A stretch of 64,000 nucleotides of DNA from Candidatus Hadarchaeota archaeon. Lineage in GTDB: Archaea; CAYQAE01; CAYVLA01. The translations under genes were made by a program, and so were the position numbers. Positions 36,401 to 44,281 of this stretch are shown in pieces. The number at the start of each line of letters is the position of its first letter. Position 1 is the stretch's first letter. Below the pieces are notes generated by a model. That model saw nothing but the letters and a program-made list of their open reading frames with translations. It did not search any database and was not told where the DNA came from. Location of the stretch: NCBI GenBank assembly GCA_964621445.1, contig CAZUNO010000008.1, forward strand, positions 38,483 through 102,482. Direction: 5' to 3'.

Positions 36401-38425
36401 GGCCTCCCCGGAGGGGGCTCTCCAATCTAACTTGATCCTGCCATCTCTCAAACGAATGGTCCTCAAGTCTAGCGGGCTACCCGGCGGCGAGGTATCGGCC
36501 ACGGCGCTGGCAGACGTCTTTTCGTCCTCCATGTTCTCGTTACCCACCGCGTCAACCGATCTTACCACATAGTAGTAGGCCTGCCCGTCTATGAGGTCCG
36601 TGTGTTGGGCGAAGGTTTCGGTGGTGGTAATCATACGCGCGGGATCCGGCTTGAATCCCTCATAGGTATTCCAGTAAACGTGATAGTGGTCCACATCTTC
36701 CCGCATCTGCTTGGCGATATCAGGGTCCTCAACATTCGATCCCGGTGGCATCCAGCTGATCCCGATCTTACCACCTTTCCTGGGAACGGCGATGACCATG
36801 GTTACGTGGGGCGGGGGAGTTTCGTCCCGGGACACCACGCGAATTTCCTCGGTGTTTTCCTCGACATTGCCAGCTGAATCCACTGACCTCACAACGTAAT
36901 AGTACGGAACTCCGTCCTCTACCTCCCGGTCCGTGAAGGAGGTGCCAGAGACCACTGCCAGGGGTCGAGAGAAGTTATGCCCCTCGGAGATATTTGACTT
37001 GAATATCCTGTACTCGGCCGGGGTCTCGCCGCCCGGGGGGAGCCAGGTCAGCTTTATTCTACCTCCCATGTCCGTGTCCTCGGCCTTTAATGCACGGGGT
37101 GGGCTTGGTGGGGTAGTGTCCTGCGACATGGCGGAAACCTCTATGGTATTGTTCTCCTGGTTCCCGGCCGCGTCCGATGCCCGGACGACGTAGTAATAGG
37201 TCACTCCTTTCTCCACATTCTTGTCGATAAAGGGAGGTTCCCGTACCGTCTTGTAGGGGTTCCAGAACTCCTGGGCTCCGCTTTCGGTTGACCTGTATAT
37301 GGTGTACCTGAAGACCTCCTCACCACTGGGTATGAGCCAGGTCAAGTTGAGGTAGCCGGTCTCGTCCGTGGTTACCGAGGGGAATACAGGTGCCAAAGGA
37401 GGAATGGTGTCATCCGGGGTGGCGTTGAACACCGGGGAGGGTTCGCTTGGATTCTCATTCTCGTCGAATGCCACGACCAGATAGAAATGAAGGTAATTGG
37501 CGGATATATCCTGGTGGAGGAAGACGGGGTCACGTACGAATCCTATAAGGTTTTCATCGGCGGCCCCGAATTCGGGTTCTCTCGAGTGGTAGATATTGTA
37601 GCCAACCACGTCGGGCTCGGGATTTCTTTGCCAGGTCAGATTTATGGAGTTTCCCTCCTCCGGGGCCCAGCCGGTAAGGCCAGCTACCGGTGAGGGAGCT
37701 ATGGTGTCATTCACGGGAACCGCGAAGTTCTCGGCCTTCCTGACCAGAGAGGGGTTACCGGCATGATCGATGACCTTGACCCCGTACCAGTATTTTACGC
37801 CGTCAATGAGGTTGCTCTCCGGGTCGTACCACTGGATCAGGTCCTGATTGGAGATATTGGCCACATCAAGAACATCTGAGAAGTTGGCTGTGTTGGCCCG
37901 GACGACGGTGTACCGCCTAAAGTCCTTCCCATCATACCGGGTCCAGTTCACTCTTACGGCCCCTCTCTCGGTTGCATTTACCTCGCATCTCCTGGGTCTA
38001 TTGGGTTCCTGGTCGTCGATGGTGATGTTAAGAACATCGGTTGTGCCCTCTATTCCATCGCCATCGATGTCGGAGCGAAGCTCGACCAATGCACCGTTAC
38101 GGGTCCTGATCATATCCCGCTGGTCGTCGGTCTGAAAGCGATCGGTGAGGAAGCTACCCCTGTAGATCCCGGACCCCGGGATGACCTCCTCCATGATAAC
38201 CTGTATCTGGACCCCACCAACGCGCACATACATCAAGGGCTCCGTGGCCCCTCCCGTTCCTAGGGACCGGAAGTATACGGTCGAACCGGGTCGGAAAAAC
38301 AGGTTCTGCCTGGTTCGGTTGACGTCCTCGTAGGTCATTATCTGGGTATCCGCGGCAGCGCTTGCGCTTTGGATAAGCAGACAGGAGGAAAGCATGATCA
38401 ACAGTATGGCGAATTCTCTGCGCAT
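33458..38425 (-). CDS. Large cell-surface protein with 15 fibronectin type III repeats and a C-terminal TM anchor
   Basis: Signal peptide; 15 repeats of PPxxPxxL...LxW...YxIYR...YYYVVRxVDxxGNE; TM ILLALSVIILFVVAGYVL followed by RRR. Confidence 0.9.
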   Translation of the reverse strand: MRREFAILLIMLSSCLLIQSASAAADTQIMTYEDVNRTRQNLFFRPGSTVYFRSLGTGGATEPLMYVRVGGVQIQVIMEEVIPGSGIYRGSFLTDRFQTDDQRDMIRTRNGALVELRSDIDGDGIEGTTDVLNITIDDQEPNRPRRCEVNATERGAVRVNWTRYDGKDFRRYTVVRANTANFSDVLDVANISNQDLIQWYDPESNLIDGVKYWYGVKVIDHAGNPSLVRKAENFAVPVNDTIAPSPVAGLTGWAPEEGNSINLTWQRNPEPDVVGYNIYHSREPEFGAADENLIGFVRDPVFLHQDISANYLHFYLVVAFDENENPSEPSPVFNATPDDTIPPLAPVFPSVTTDETGYLNLTWLIPSGEEVFRYTIYRSTESGAQEFWNPYKTVREPPFIDKNVEKGVTYYYVVRASDAAGNQENNTIEVSAMSQDTTPPSPPRALKAEDTDMGGRIKLTWLPPGGETPAEYRIFKSNISEGHNFSRPLAVVSGTSFTDREVEDGVPYYYVVRSVDSAGNVEENTEEIRVVSRDETPPPHVTMVIAVPRKGGKIGISWMPPGSNVEDPDIAKQMREDVDHYHVYWNTYEGFKPDPARMITTTETFAQHTDLIDGQAYYYVVRSVDAVGNENMEDEKTSASAVADTSPPGSPLDLRTIRLRDGRIKLDWRAPSGEAPYRYNIYRSSVPDAQEFDFPFAMVSNTEWVDDNVTDGQQYYYVVRSADFLLNEDTNTLEVSNISEDLTPPAAPRGLIVTKLSKGDLMLNWTVPPVETGSTRGRPADKAVLYRIYSATSSGAQDFDRPIAETPNPYFVDKGLRNGITYHYVVRSVDSAGNEDHNQFEANGTADAQPPSPPLDLKARRSTTGEVILTWDDPAGERVHEYRLYKFRGDEKQDFSEPLIVTRKNAFVDNDVSEAIKYRYVIRSVDKADNEGQNTNEIVAPVLLGPPRNLQADPGEDGVIEVSWDPPQDGSGSVQKYHVYRATRPGLKQTEPWTTTISTQFIDAKRVIGGVAHEMINGKRYYYYVRAVDLYGNEGIKSEEVSAVSDSEPPSKPRKLDALPQPTGDIELRWATPIGEQVEVYRIYRSTSSGSYNFYSPIAETSRIIYYDENLESGTRYYYVVRSVDEAGNEEENRDEIYVTALDKPPSAPRNLKAQLRPNGSIVLTWTPPQGEPISHYNIYRSRSPLSQNYNQPYAQSAIAIFNDNFVEHDETYYYVVRAVDSTGNEEENEIETSIRSVDTEPPGAPVALSAEGSGTGSIRLEWRAPSGENPAKYFVYRSNSPYFTPGNQNYLNQTYETQFTDRGLGPSQTYYYIVHSADSVGNEDDNDNRVQATTPPPHPTGLEATPKDNGDILLTWNVSSAPADSFRVYRRTEDSDFSLPLAQIPYPTNSFQDSELNHSQEYIYVVRSVGPNGQEESNMIEVSAVSMEKIPPLPPQDLETDQLANGNIRLHWSHPQSSDVSVYRVYKSSSGAGIAGAEMIAETNLTVFEDSNVTSGDNYYYLVRAVDRHDNEEDNDNWKSVMSLDTLPPSPPTNLSAKSLPGGEIELRWRSPPERDVRFKVYRSSSNTTENLSLVTTTNETSYIDSDLENGKEYYYWVRSEDLAGNEELNTNTVSAVASKSGPRILLALSVIILFVVAGYVLDSRRRLAEKSGS

Positions 38426-38436
38426 CTTAAGACACC

Positions 38437-40920
38437 TCAGGTGGCGATTTGATCGAGTATGTCGAGGCCCATGGTCATTGCTCTAAGCTCGGTGGCCACT
38501 CTGGAGTCCTTGCCGAGAACCTTTTCCACGTTCTGTACCAGATCCTCGTCTATCTCCCTGTTCATTCCGTCAAGCTGGGGCAAGACGTTGGACTCTATTG
38601 CTCTGTCCAGCAGGTCCAGGTGCTGGGCATCGTCGTCCATTAGGAGCCCCATGAGAACGAATCTCAGGGTGTCGATCATCTGAGCGGTTCCGATACCCCG
38701 TAGTTTCCTTATCCCAGTCTCCGCGTTCATGACGTCGTATAGCTTGTCTACAAGGCTCCTGTATGGGGTGCTGGACAGCACCCTGTCGACCCTGCCCATT
38801 CCCAGGCTATTCTTGACGTCTTCAAAGGCCCCTCCCCGTTCACCGGTTAGTATGGCCCTCTCCTGGTCATGGGGCGGAATGGGCATCCCGATAAAGGCAA
38901 AACGACGCATGAGGGCGTAGGAAATGTTGAACAGAAAATGCCTATCATAGGTGTTTAGGGTGCCTATTATCCTGTAGTCATCGGGTATTCGCACGGTTTG
39001 GGTCTCGTTTTCCAGGGTCGGTATGTTGAGCTGGCGGGATTCGATGGCGGTGAACATCCCCCCGAAAGCCTTGTCTATGTCGGCCCTGTTGAATTCATCT
39101 ATGATTAGCCACCTCCCGGACAGTGCAGTTTGGGTGACGCATCCGAGCTTGATGCTCATCTTCTTTCCATCGTACATGAGACCCCCGATGACATCATAGG
39201 TGGTCCAGTCCGAGGTTGCGGTCTCCACGGTGTACGGCTTGTCGAATATCATGGAAGGGATCATCTTGGCTAGTTCCGTCTTCCCCGTCCCCGGGGAGCC
39301 GATGAGTATAACGTCCTTACCCATGAGCAGGTTGGTGACCACCTCGCGGATTATCTCCTCGTTTATTGCCAGTCGGCTCTTTATCTGGGCTATCTTGTCC
39401 TCCATATCAGTGGGCAGGGAAAGCCCCCGTCCGGCCTCTCCACTGAGGACGGTGTCCTGAACCTCGGTCTCCTCCTCTTCCTCGCCCTCTGAACTCCAGA
39501 CGGCGGCCATTCTCTCCGTGTACCTGCCTATGAAGGAATCGATGGTACGGCTCACGAAGTCGGTCCCCAGAAGGACCAGCCAGGCGAGAATTGAAAGAAG
39601 AACCGCTGCCCCCAGGAATATGGCCGGCCCGTTCTCGATCTCCGGTCCAACAAGCCTGGAGCCGAATAGAATGATGAAGGGGCCGAAGACTGCGGCAACG
39701 GCCCGAGAGCTGAATATGGAGGACAGTCCGATAAGGATTAGGAATGCCAGGCCCGCCGACCCGTAGAACCAGGTCTGGGCATCGGCGATTGGGGAGTATC
39801 CCATCTGCTGGGATTCGGTCATGAATGAACCGACGGCCAGGGATACCACCAGCAACACTGCCACGTTTTTAAACTGCAGCTTTCCCTCCCTGATGTGGGT
39901 CGGTATTTCCAGCTTGCTGGATCTCCACTGCATTAATGCCACAAAACCCGCGATCGCTATAAGAGCAACCGCGATATCCGATCCCCGGAAGATGCCGGCT
40001 ATTCGTAGATTCCCAAGGAGTCCGTCAAGACCCCAGTAGAGTCCCAGAAACCACACCGGGATGGTCATTACCACCACGGTGCTGGGGTGGAATAGGTAAT
40101 AGGCCCCCGAGGCCAGGGCCAGGAAGCTCACGTTTGTAATGAGGAACCACTCCACGTTTGATCCAACGGTCTCGAAGACCGGTGGAATCTCTCCCCAGAG
40201 AAAGACCGAAAGTGAAAGGGACCCGATAAGGATGACTAGCAGATGAACCAATTTTGCCTCGCTTTTCACCAACCTGTAGAGTGACAGATATAGTGTGATC
40301 GCGGCTAGGATGATCAACCCGGCATTCCCTATCCCGAAGATCAGACGGTAGACCCCTAGGGCAATGAGAGGGGCGAACACCATCCTGGGCAGGTCATCGG
40401 TCCCGTATCTCTCTATTATGGTGGTCTCCACCAGAAAGCATAGAAGCGCACCCAGCGAGAGAGCGGTACCCGATCCCATGTATGGAATATAGATCATGGC
40501 CTTAGGGGTGGATATGAAGGCCCCTACCGATAAGCTTGATGCCAATAGAATTGCCAGGTCCTCGATCTTCATGGTGCGGATATCAATCCTAAGAGCCATG
40601 AAGGCGCTAAGAACCAGCAGGGAGACGATGACCAGGAGATTGATTGATATCTCCCCGAAGGGGACGGCTAGCCAGATTAGGTTGAGGGGGGCAAGAGTCC
40701 TGACCGAACCCCTAGGGTCGTATCTCTGTGCCAAGGATATCTCCGCTAGTGCGCTTAGAGCGAGGACGAAGATTCCTGTGAGCAGTCTATAATTTCCAGC
40801 CGGAGTAAGCCGGGCGGTTAGTGCCGCCAGGGCAAGCGAGGAGGACAAAATCATCGCTAGTTCCAGAGGTCTAAGGTTCATTCCGCCAATAGATAAGGGA
40901 GAACGTAATCTCTCCATCAT
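38437..40920 (-). CDS. McrB-family AAA+ GTPase fused to an N-terminal polytopic membrane domain
   Basis: Walker A GSPGTGKT, Walker B LIIDEFNRAD, McrB signature GTLNTYD (NxxD) and ALMRRF; about 16 hydrophobic helices in aa 21-457 of the ORF. Start moved to ATG 40920 after GGAGG. Confidence 0.85.
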   Translation of the reverse strand: MMERLRSPLSIGGMNLRPLELAMILSSSLALAALTARLTPAGNYRLLTGIFVLALSALAEISLAQRYDPRGSVRTLAPLNLIWLAVPFGEISINLLVIVSLLVLSAFMALRIDIRTMKIEDLAILLASSLSVGAFISTPKAMIYIPYMGSGTALSLGALLCFLVETTIIERYGTDDLPRMVFAPLIALGVYRLIFGIGNAGLIILAAITLYLSLYRLVKSEAKLVHLLVILIGSLSLSVFLWGEIPPVFETVGSNVEWFLITNVSFLALASGAYYLFHPSTVVVMTIPVWFLGLYWGLDGLLGNLRIAGIFRGSDIAVALIAIAGFVALMQWRSSKLEIPTHIREGKLQFKNVAVLLVVSLAVGSFMTESQQMGYSPIADAQTWFYGSAGLAFLILIGLSSIFSSRAVAAVFGPFIILFGSRLVGPEIENGPAIFLGAAVLLSILAWLVLLGTDFVSRTIDSFIGRYTERMAAVWSSEGEEEEETEVQDTVLSGEAGRGLSLPTDMEDKIAQIKSRLAINEEIIREVVTNLLMGKDVILIGSPGTGKTELAKMIPSMIFDKPYTVETATSDWTTYDVIGGLMYDGKKMSIKLGCVTQTALSGRWLIIDEFNRADIDKAFGGMFTAIESRQLNIPTLENETQTVRIPDDYRIIGTLNTYDRHFLFNISYALMRRFAFIGMPIPPHDQERAILTGERGGAFEDVKNSLGMGRVDRVLSSTPYRSLVDKLYDVMNAETGIRKLRGIGTAQMIDTLRFVLMGLLMDDDAQHLDLLDRAIESNVLPQLDGMNREIDEDLVQNVEKVLGKDSRVATELRAMTMGLDILDQIAT

Positions 40921-41060
40921 ATGTCCTCCTGGCAAAAAACGTCCAGGTCTATAGAGCTGGATAAAGGAATCTCGAGATCATAAAAATGTCTTTGTGGATC
41001 ATGATCAACCCCTTTCAACCTATCCCTATACATTTGAGGAGAAATCGCGGAGTGATGGAC

Positions 41061-41795
41061 TCAGACTTCGTTCCAACCCTTTCGTTCTATTCCTCCTCCC
41101 GTCAGCTGGTAGTAGCTCTCCCTTGCGCAGGGTATGCAGCATGTCTTGCCCCTTTTCTTGACCGAGCGGGTGGTCATGAACATCTCTCCGCAATTTTCGC
41201 ATATCACGCTTTCATGTATCCTTGCGTATCCCGGGAGCTTCGGTTGGGCTTCATGAAAGGAAAATAGCCTATCTACGTCGGCGGTTATTACCATATAGGA
41301 TTTTTTGGCGGATTGGTTGGGGAAACTGTCCGGTAACGGTTCCTCCCCCTCGCTCTGTTTGCTTTCGGCATCCCAGACCTCGGAAGCCTGAGGGTTGATG
41401 CATGCTCTGACCCCCTGCCCACTTCTGTTTGCCAGTGTTGCTGCCGTCTTTCCGTAATCACTGAATACGAGGGCATTGTTGCCAAAGGTACATCCAGTGG
41501 TGAACTGTATTCCATCCGAGAAGCAGTTGTTGGTCTCCACGATAGCTATTACGTCCTCCATCCCTCGATGTCTGGCATTAAGCCTCCTGACCATCTCCGT
41601 GCCCGCCCTGATCCCCAGAGCAAGGCCCGGGCAGAAGTGTCCGTGCAGTGTCCCGGCTCGCTTGAGGAGCTCGACCAAATTGTTTTTGCCGATTAGGTCC
41701 CATACTTCCTTTCTTGGTTCGCTCAGCATTTCCCATATCGCCGTAGCACCAATTGTGAATTCGTGACATAATAACTCTTTGCCCTCTTCGCTCAT
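41061..41795 (-). CDS. FmdE-family protein with C-terminal zinc finger
   Basis: HGHFCPGLALG, CFSDGIQFTTGCTFGN, CENCGE and CIPC motifs. Confidence 0.9.
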   Translation of the reverse strand: MSEEGKELLCHEFTIGATAIWEMLSEPRKEVWDLIGKNNLVELLKRAGTLHGHFCPGLALGIRAGTEMVRRLNARHRGMEDVIAIVETNNCFSDGIQFTTGCTFGNNALVFSDYGKTAATLANRSGQGVRACINPQASEVWDAESKQSEGEEPLPDSFPNQSAKKSYMVITADVDRLFSFHEAQPKLPGYARIHESVICENCGEMFMTTRSVKKRGKTCCIPCARESYYQLTGGGIERKGWNEV

Positions 41796-41842
41796 TCCGA
41801 AAGCAATAAGTAAGCGTGGTCCAGCAGAATTACGGTTTTACG

Positions 41843-42247
41843 ATGAAGAACATGGTGAGGTTTGGGGTATCCATCCCAGAGGATCTCCTGATGGATTTTG
41901 ACGAAAAGATACGGGAGAAGAGTTATCCCAATCGATCAGAGGCCATAAGGGATATGATAAGGGATTTCCTGGCCAGGGAAAAATGGAGGACCTCAAGGGA
42001 GAAGGTTTACGGATCCCTTACTCTGGTCTACGATCATAAGAAGAGGGGCATATCCGATAAACTAACCGATCTCCAGCACGAGGAACATACGCATGTACTT
42101 TCTACCATGCACATACACCTGGACAAGCATCACTGCATGGAGATGATCGCAATGTCCGGTTCAGCCGATGATATAAGGTCGATCTCCGATAGGCTTATTT
42201 CAACCAAGGGCGTCAAACAGGGTAAGCTTCTGATGACCGCCATCTAG
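41843..42247 (+). CDS. nikR: Nickel-responsive regulator NikR
   Basis: [17 protein letters not shown] and [11 protein letters not shown] motifs; start moved to ATG 41843. Confidence 0.95.
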   Translation: MKNMVRFGVSIPEDLLMDFDEKIREKSYPNRSEAIRDMIRDFLAREKWRTSREKVYGSLTLVYDHKKRGISDKLTDLQHEEHTHVLSTMHIHLDKHHCMEMIAMSGSADDIRSISDRLISTKGVKQGKLLMTAI

Positions 42248-42265
42248 CCTGGAAGAAGCTAGTCC

Positions 42266-44254
42266 CTATATACCAGGGAAAAGCGGTATGAATGTCAGTG
42301 CAACTATTGACATCAACTTGATGAGGATATTCAGCGAGGGACCGCTGGTATCCTTGAAGGGGTCCCCAACCGTGTCCCCGGTCACCGCGGCCTTATGAGC
42401 ATCGGACCCCTTACCTCCAAGATTTCCTCGCTCGATGAATTTCTTGGCATTGTCCCATGCCCCGCCGGCATTGGCCATCATCAGTGCCAACAGGAATCCA
42501 GTGGAGGTTGCTCCCGCCAGAAGCCCGCCCAGGGATTCAGGTCCAAGGGTCAGTCCCACGGCCACCGGTGCTATGACTGCCAGGAGTCCTGGTATTATCA
42601 TCTCTCTCAACGCGGCCTCCGTGGATATGGATATGCACTTTCTGTATTCCGGCTGCGCATTTCCTTCCATGATGCCCGTGATCTCCCTGAACTGGCGCCG
42701 AACCTCCTTGACGATTTCCGCCGCGGCCTTTCCCACGGCGTTCATTGTGAATGCGGAAAAGATGAAGGGGAGAAGGGCACCTAGGAACAGGCCCGAGATC
42801 ACCAGGGGCTCGTTTAGCCTTATGGCCTCCAGTCCTATGGTTCTATTGTAGGCCGAGAAGAGTGCGAGTGCTGTGAGGGCTGCGGACCCGATGGCAAACC
42901 CCTTTCCAATTGCGGCGGTGGTGTTTCCCACCGCGTCAAGGGCCTCCGCCCTCTCCCTCACATCCTGGCCAAGCTCGGCCATCTCTGCAATCCCAGCCGC
43001 GTTGTCCGCCACCGGTCCGTAGGTATCGGTAGCCAGGGTGATGCCCAGGGTGGAGAGCATGCCCACCGCCGCCATGGATATGCCGAAGAGCTGGCCGTAA
43101 TGGTAGGATATCACTATGGCTGCCACCACGGTTATGATGGGAATTGCCGTGGATCTCATCCCCAGGGCCAACCCAGCTATGATGTTTGTAGCGGCACCGG
43201 TCTGGGAGGCGTCGGCAATCGATTGAGCTGGTTTGCTGGACTCCGAGGTGTAGTATTGGGTGGAAAGCCCGATTATAATCCCTGCCAGCAATCCGGAGGC
43301 GGTTGCTATCCATATGCCCCAGTGGTTGGATTCCAGGATCCAGTCGATGAGAAAGTAAGAGGTGACAAGTACCAAACCTGCTGCTGCAAAGATTCCCCGG
43401 TTCAGTGCCCCGTGTATGTTCTCACCAGAGGCGCTGACGAAAAAGCTCCCAATGACCGAGCACAGTATTCCAAGGCCCGCCAGGGCCAGGGGGAGTATTA
43501 CCCTGTTGGAACCGAAGGTCACGGAAAGCAGGCCGATGGCCATGGCCGCGATGATCGAGTCCACATAGCTCTCAAAAAGATCAGCCCCCATGCCGGCCAC
43601 GTCCCCAACGTTATCTCCCACATTATCCGCGATCACCGCCGGGTTTCTGGGATCGTCCTCCGGGATCCCGGCCTCAACTTTTCCAACGAGGTCGGCGCCA
43701 ACGTCGGCCGCCTTGGTGTATATGCCACCTCCAACCCTGGCGAAAAGGGCTATGGAGGAGGCGCCAAAGCCGAATGAATACAGTATCTCCGGATCGCCGA
43801 AAATGGCGTAGAGAAGGGAGACCCCCAGCAGACCCATTCCAACCACCACCAGTCCCATCACGCTTCCCGAGGAGAAAGCTATCCTCAGTCCCGAGTTAAC
43901 GTCCTTCCTGCAGGCCTCGGCCGTTTTGGAGTTGGCAGTGGTGGCTATCCTCATCCCTATGTTTCCTGCCAGAGCTGAGAACAGTGCACCAAGGAGAAAG
44001 CAGGTCATGGATTGCCACCCTAGGAGAAGAAACAGGACCACGGAGACTGCAACTATGAACACCCCCAGGACTTTGTATTGCTTATTGAGGTAGGTCATGG
44101 CCCCGCTCTTGATGAGGTCTCCGAGTTCCCTGACCTTCTCGCTGCCCTCAGGTTTTCCCCGAAGTCTGATTGCCAGATAGGCGGCAAATAAAATGGCCAC
44201 CAGGCTTGAAAGCCAGGGTATGAAGTTGAAATCAAGTTGCATGATCGATACCAT
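42266..44254 (-). CDS. hppA: Membrane pyrophosphatase, K+-dependent (probably Na+-translocating)
   Basis: DVGADLVGKVE, DNVGDNVGD and GDTVGDPFKDTSGP motifs; GNTTAAIG carries the K+-dependence Ala/Gly signature. Confidence 0.95.
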   Translation of the reverse strand: MVSIMQLDFNFIPWLSSLVAILFAAYLAIRLRGKPEGSEKVRELGDLIKSGAMTYLNKQYKVLGVFIVAVSVVLFLLLGWQSMTCFLLGALFSALAGNIGMRIATTANSKTAEACRKDVNSGLRIAFSSGSVMGLVVVGMGLLGVSLLYAIFGDPEILYSFGFGASSIALFARVGGGIYTKAADVGADLVGKVEAGIPEDDPRNPAVIADNVGDNVGDVAGMGADLFESYVDSIIAAMAIGLLSVTFGSNRVILPLALAGLGILCSVIGSFFVSASGENIHGALNRGIFAAAGLVLVTSYFLIDWILESNHWGIWIATASGLLAGIIIGLSTQYYTSESSKPAQSIADASQTGAATNIIAGLALGMRSTAIPIITVVAAIVISYHYGQLFGISMAAVGMLSTLGITLATDTYGPVADNAAGIAEMAELGQDVRERAEALDAVGNTTAAIGKGFAIGSAALTALALFSAYNRTIGLEAIRLNEPLVISGLFLGALLPFIFSAFTMNAVGKAAAEIVKEVRRQFREITGIMEGNAQPEYRKCISISTEAALREMIIPGLLAVIAPVAVGLTLGPESLGGLLAGATSTGFLLALMMANAGGAWDNAKKFIERGNLGGKGSDAHKAAVTGDTVGDPFKDTSGPSLNILIKLMSIVALTFIPLFPGI

Positions 44255-44281
44255 GGATTTGGTGTATTTAAGTTCTAACTC

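Noticed and set aside
33458-38425. DGR or DNA-level repeat array in the FN3 gene
   Set aside because: Repeats are similar only at the protein level; there is no TR/VR pair and no reverse transcriptase.
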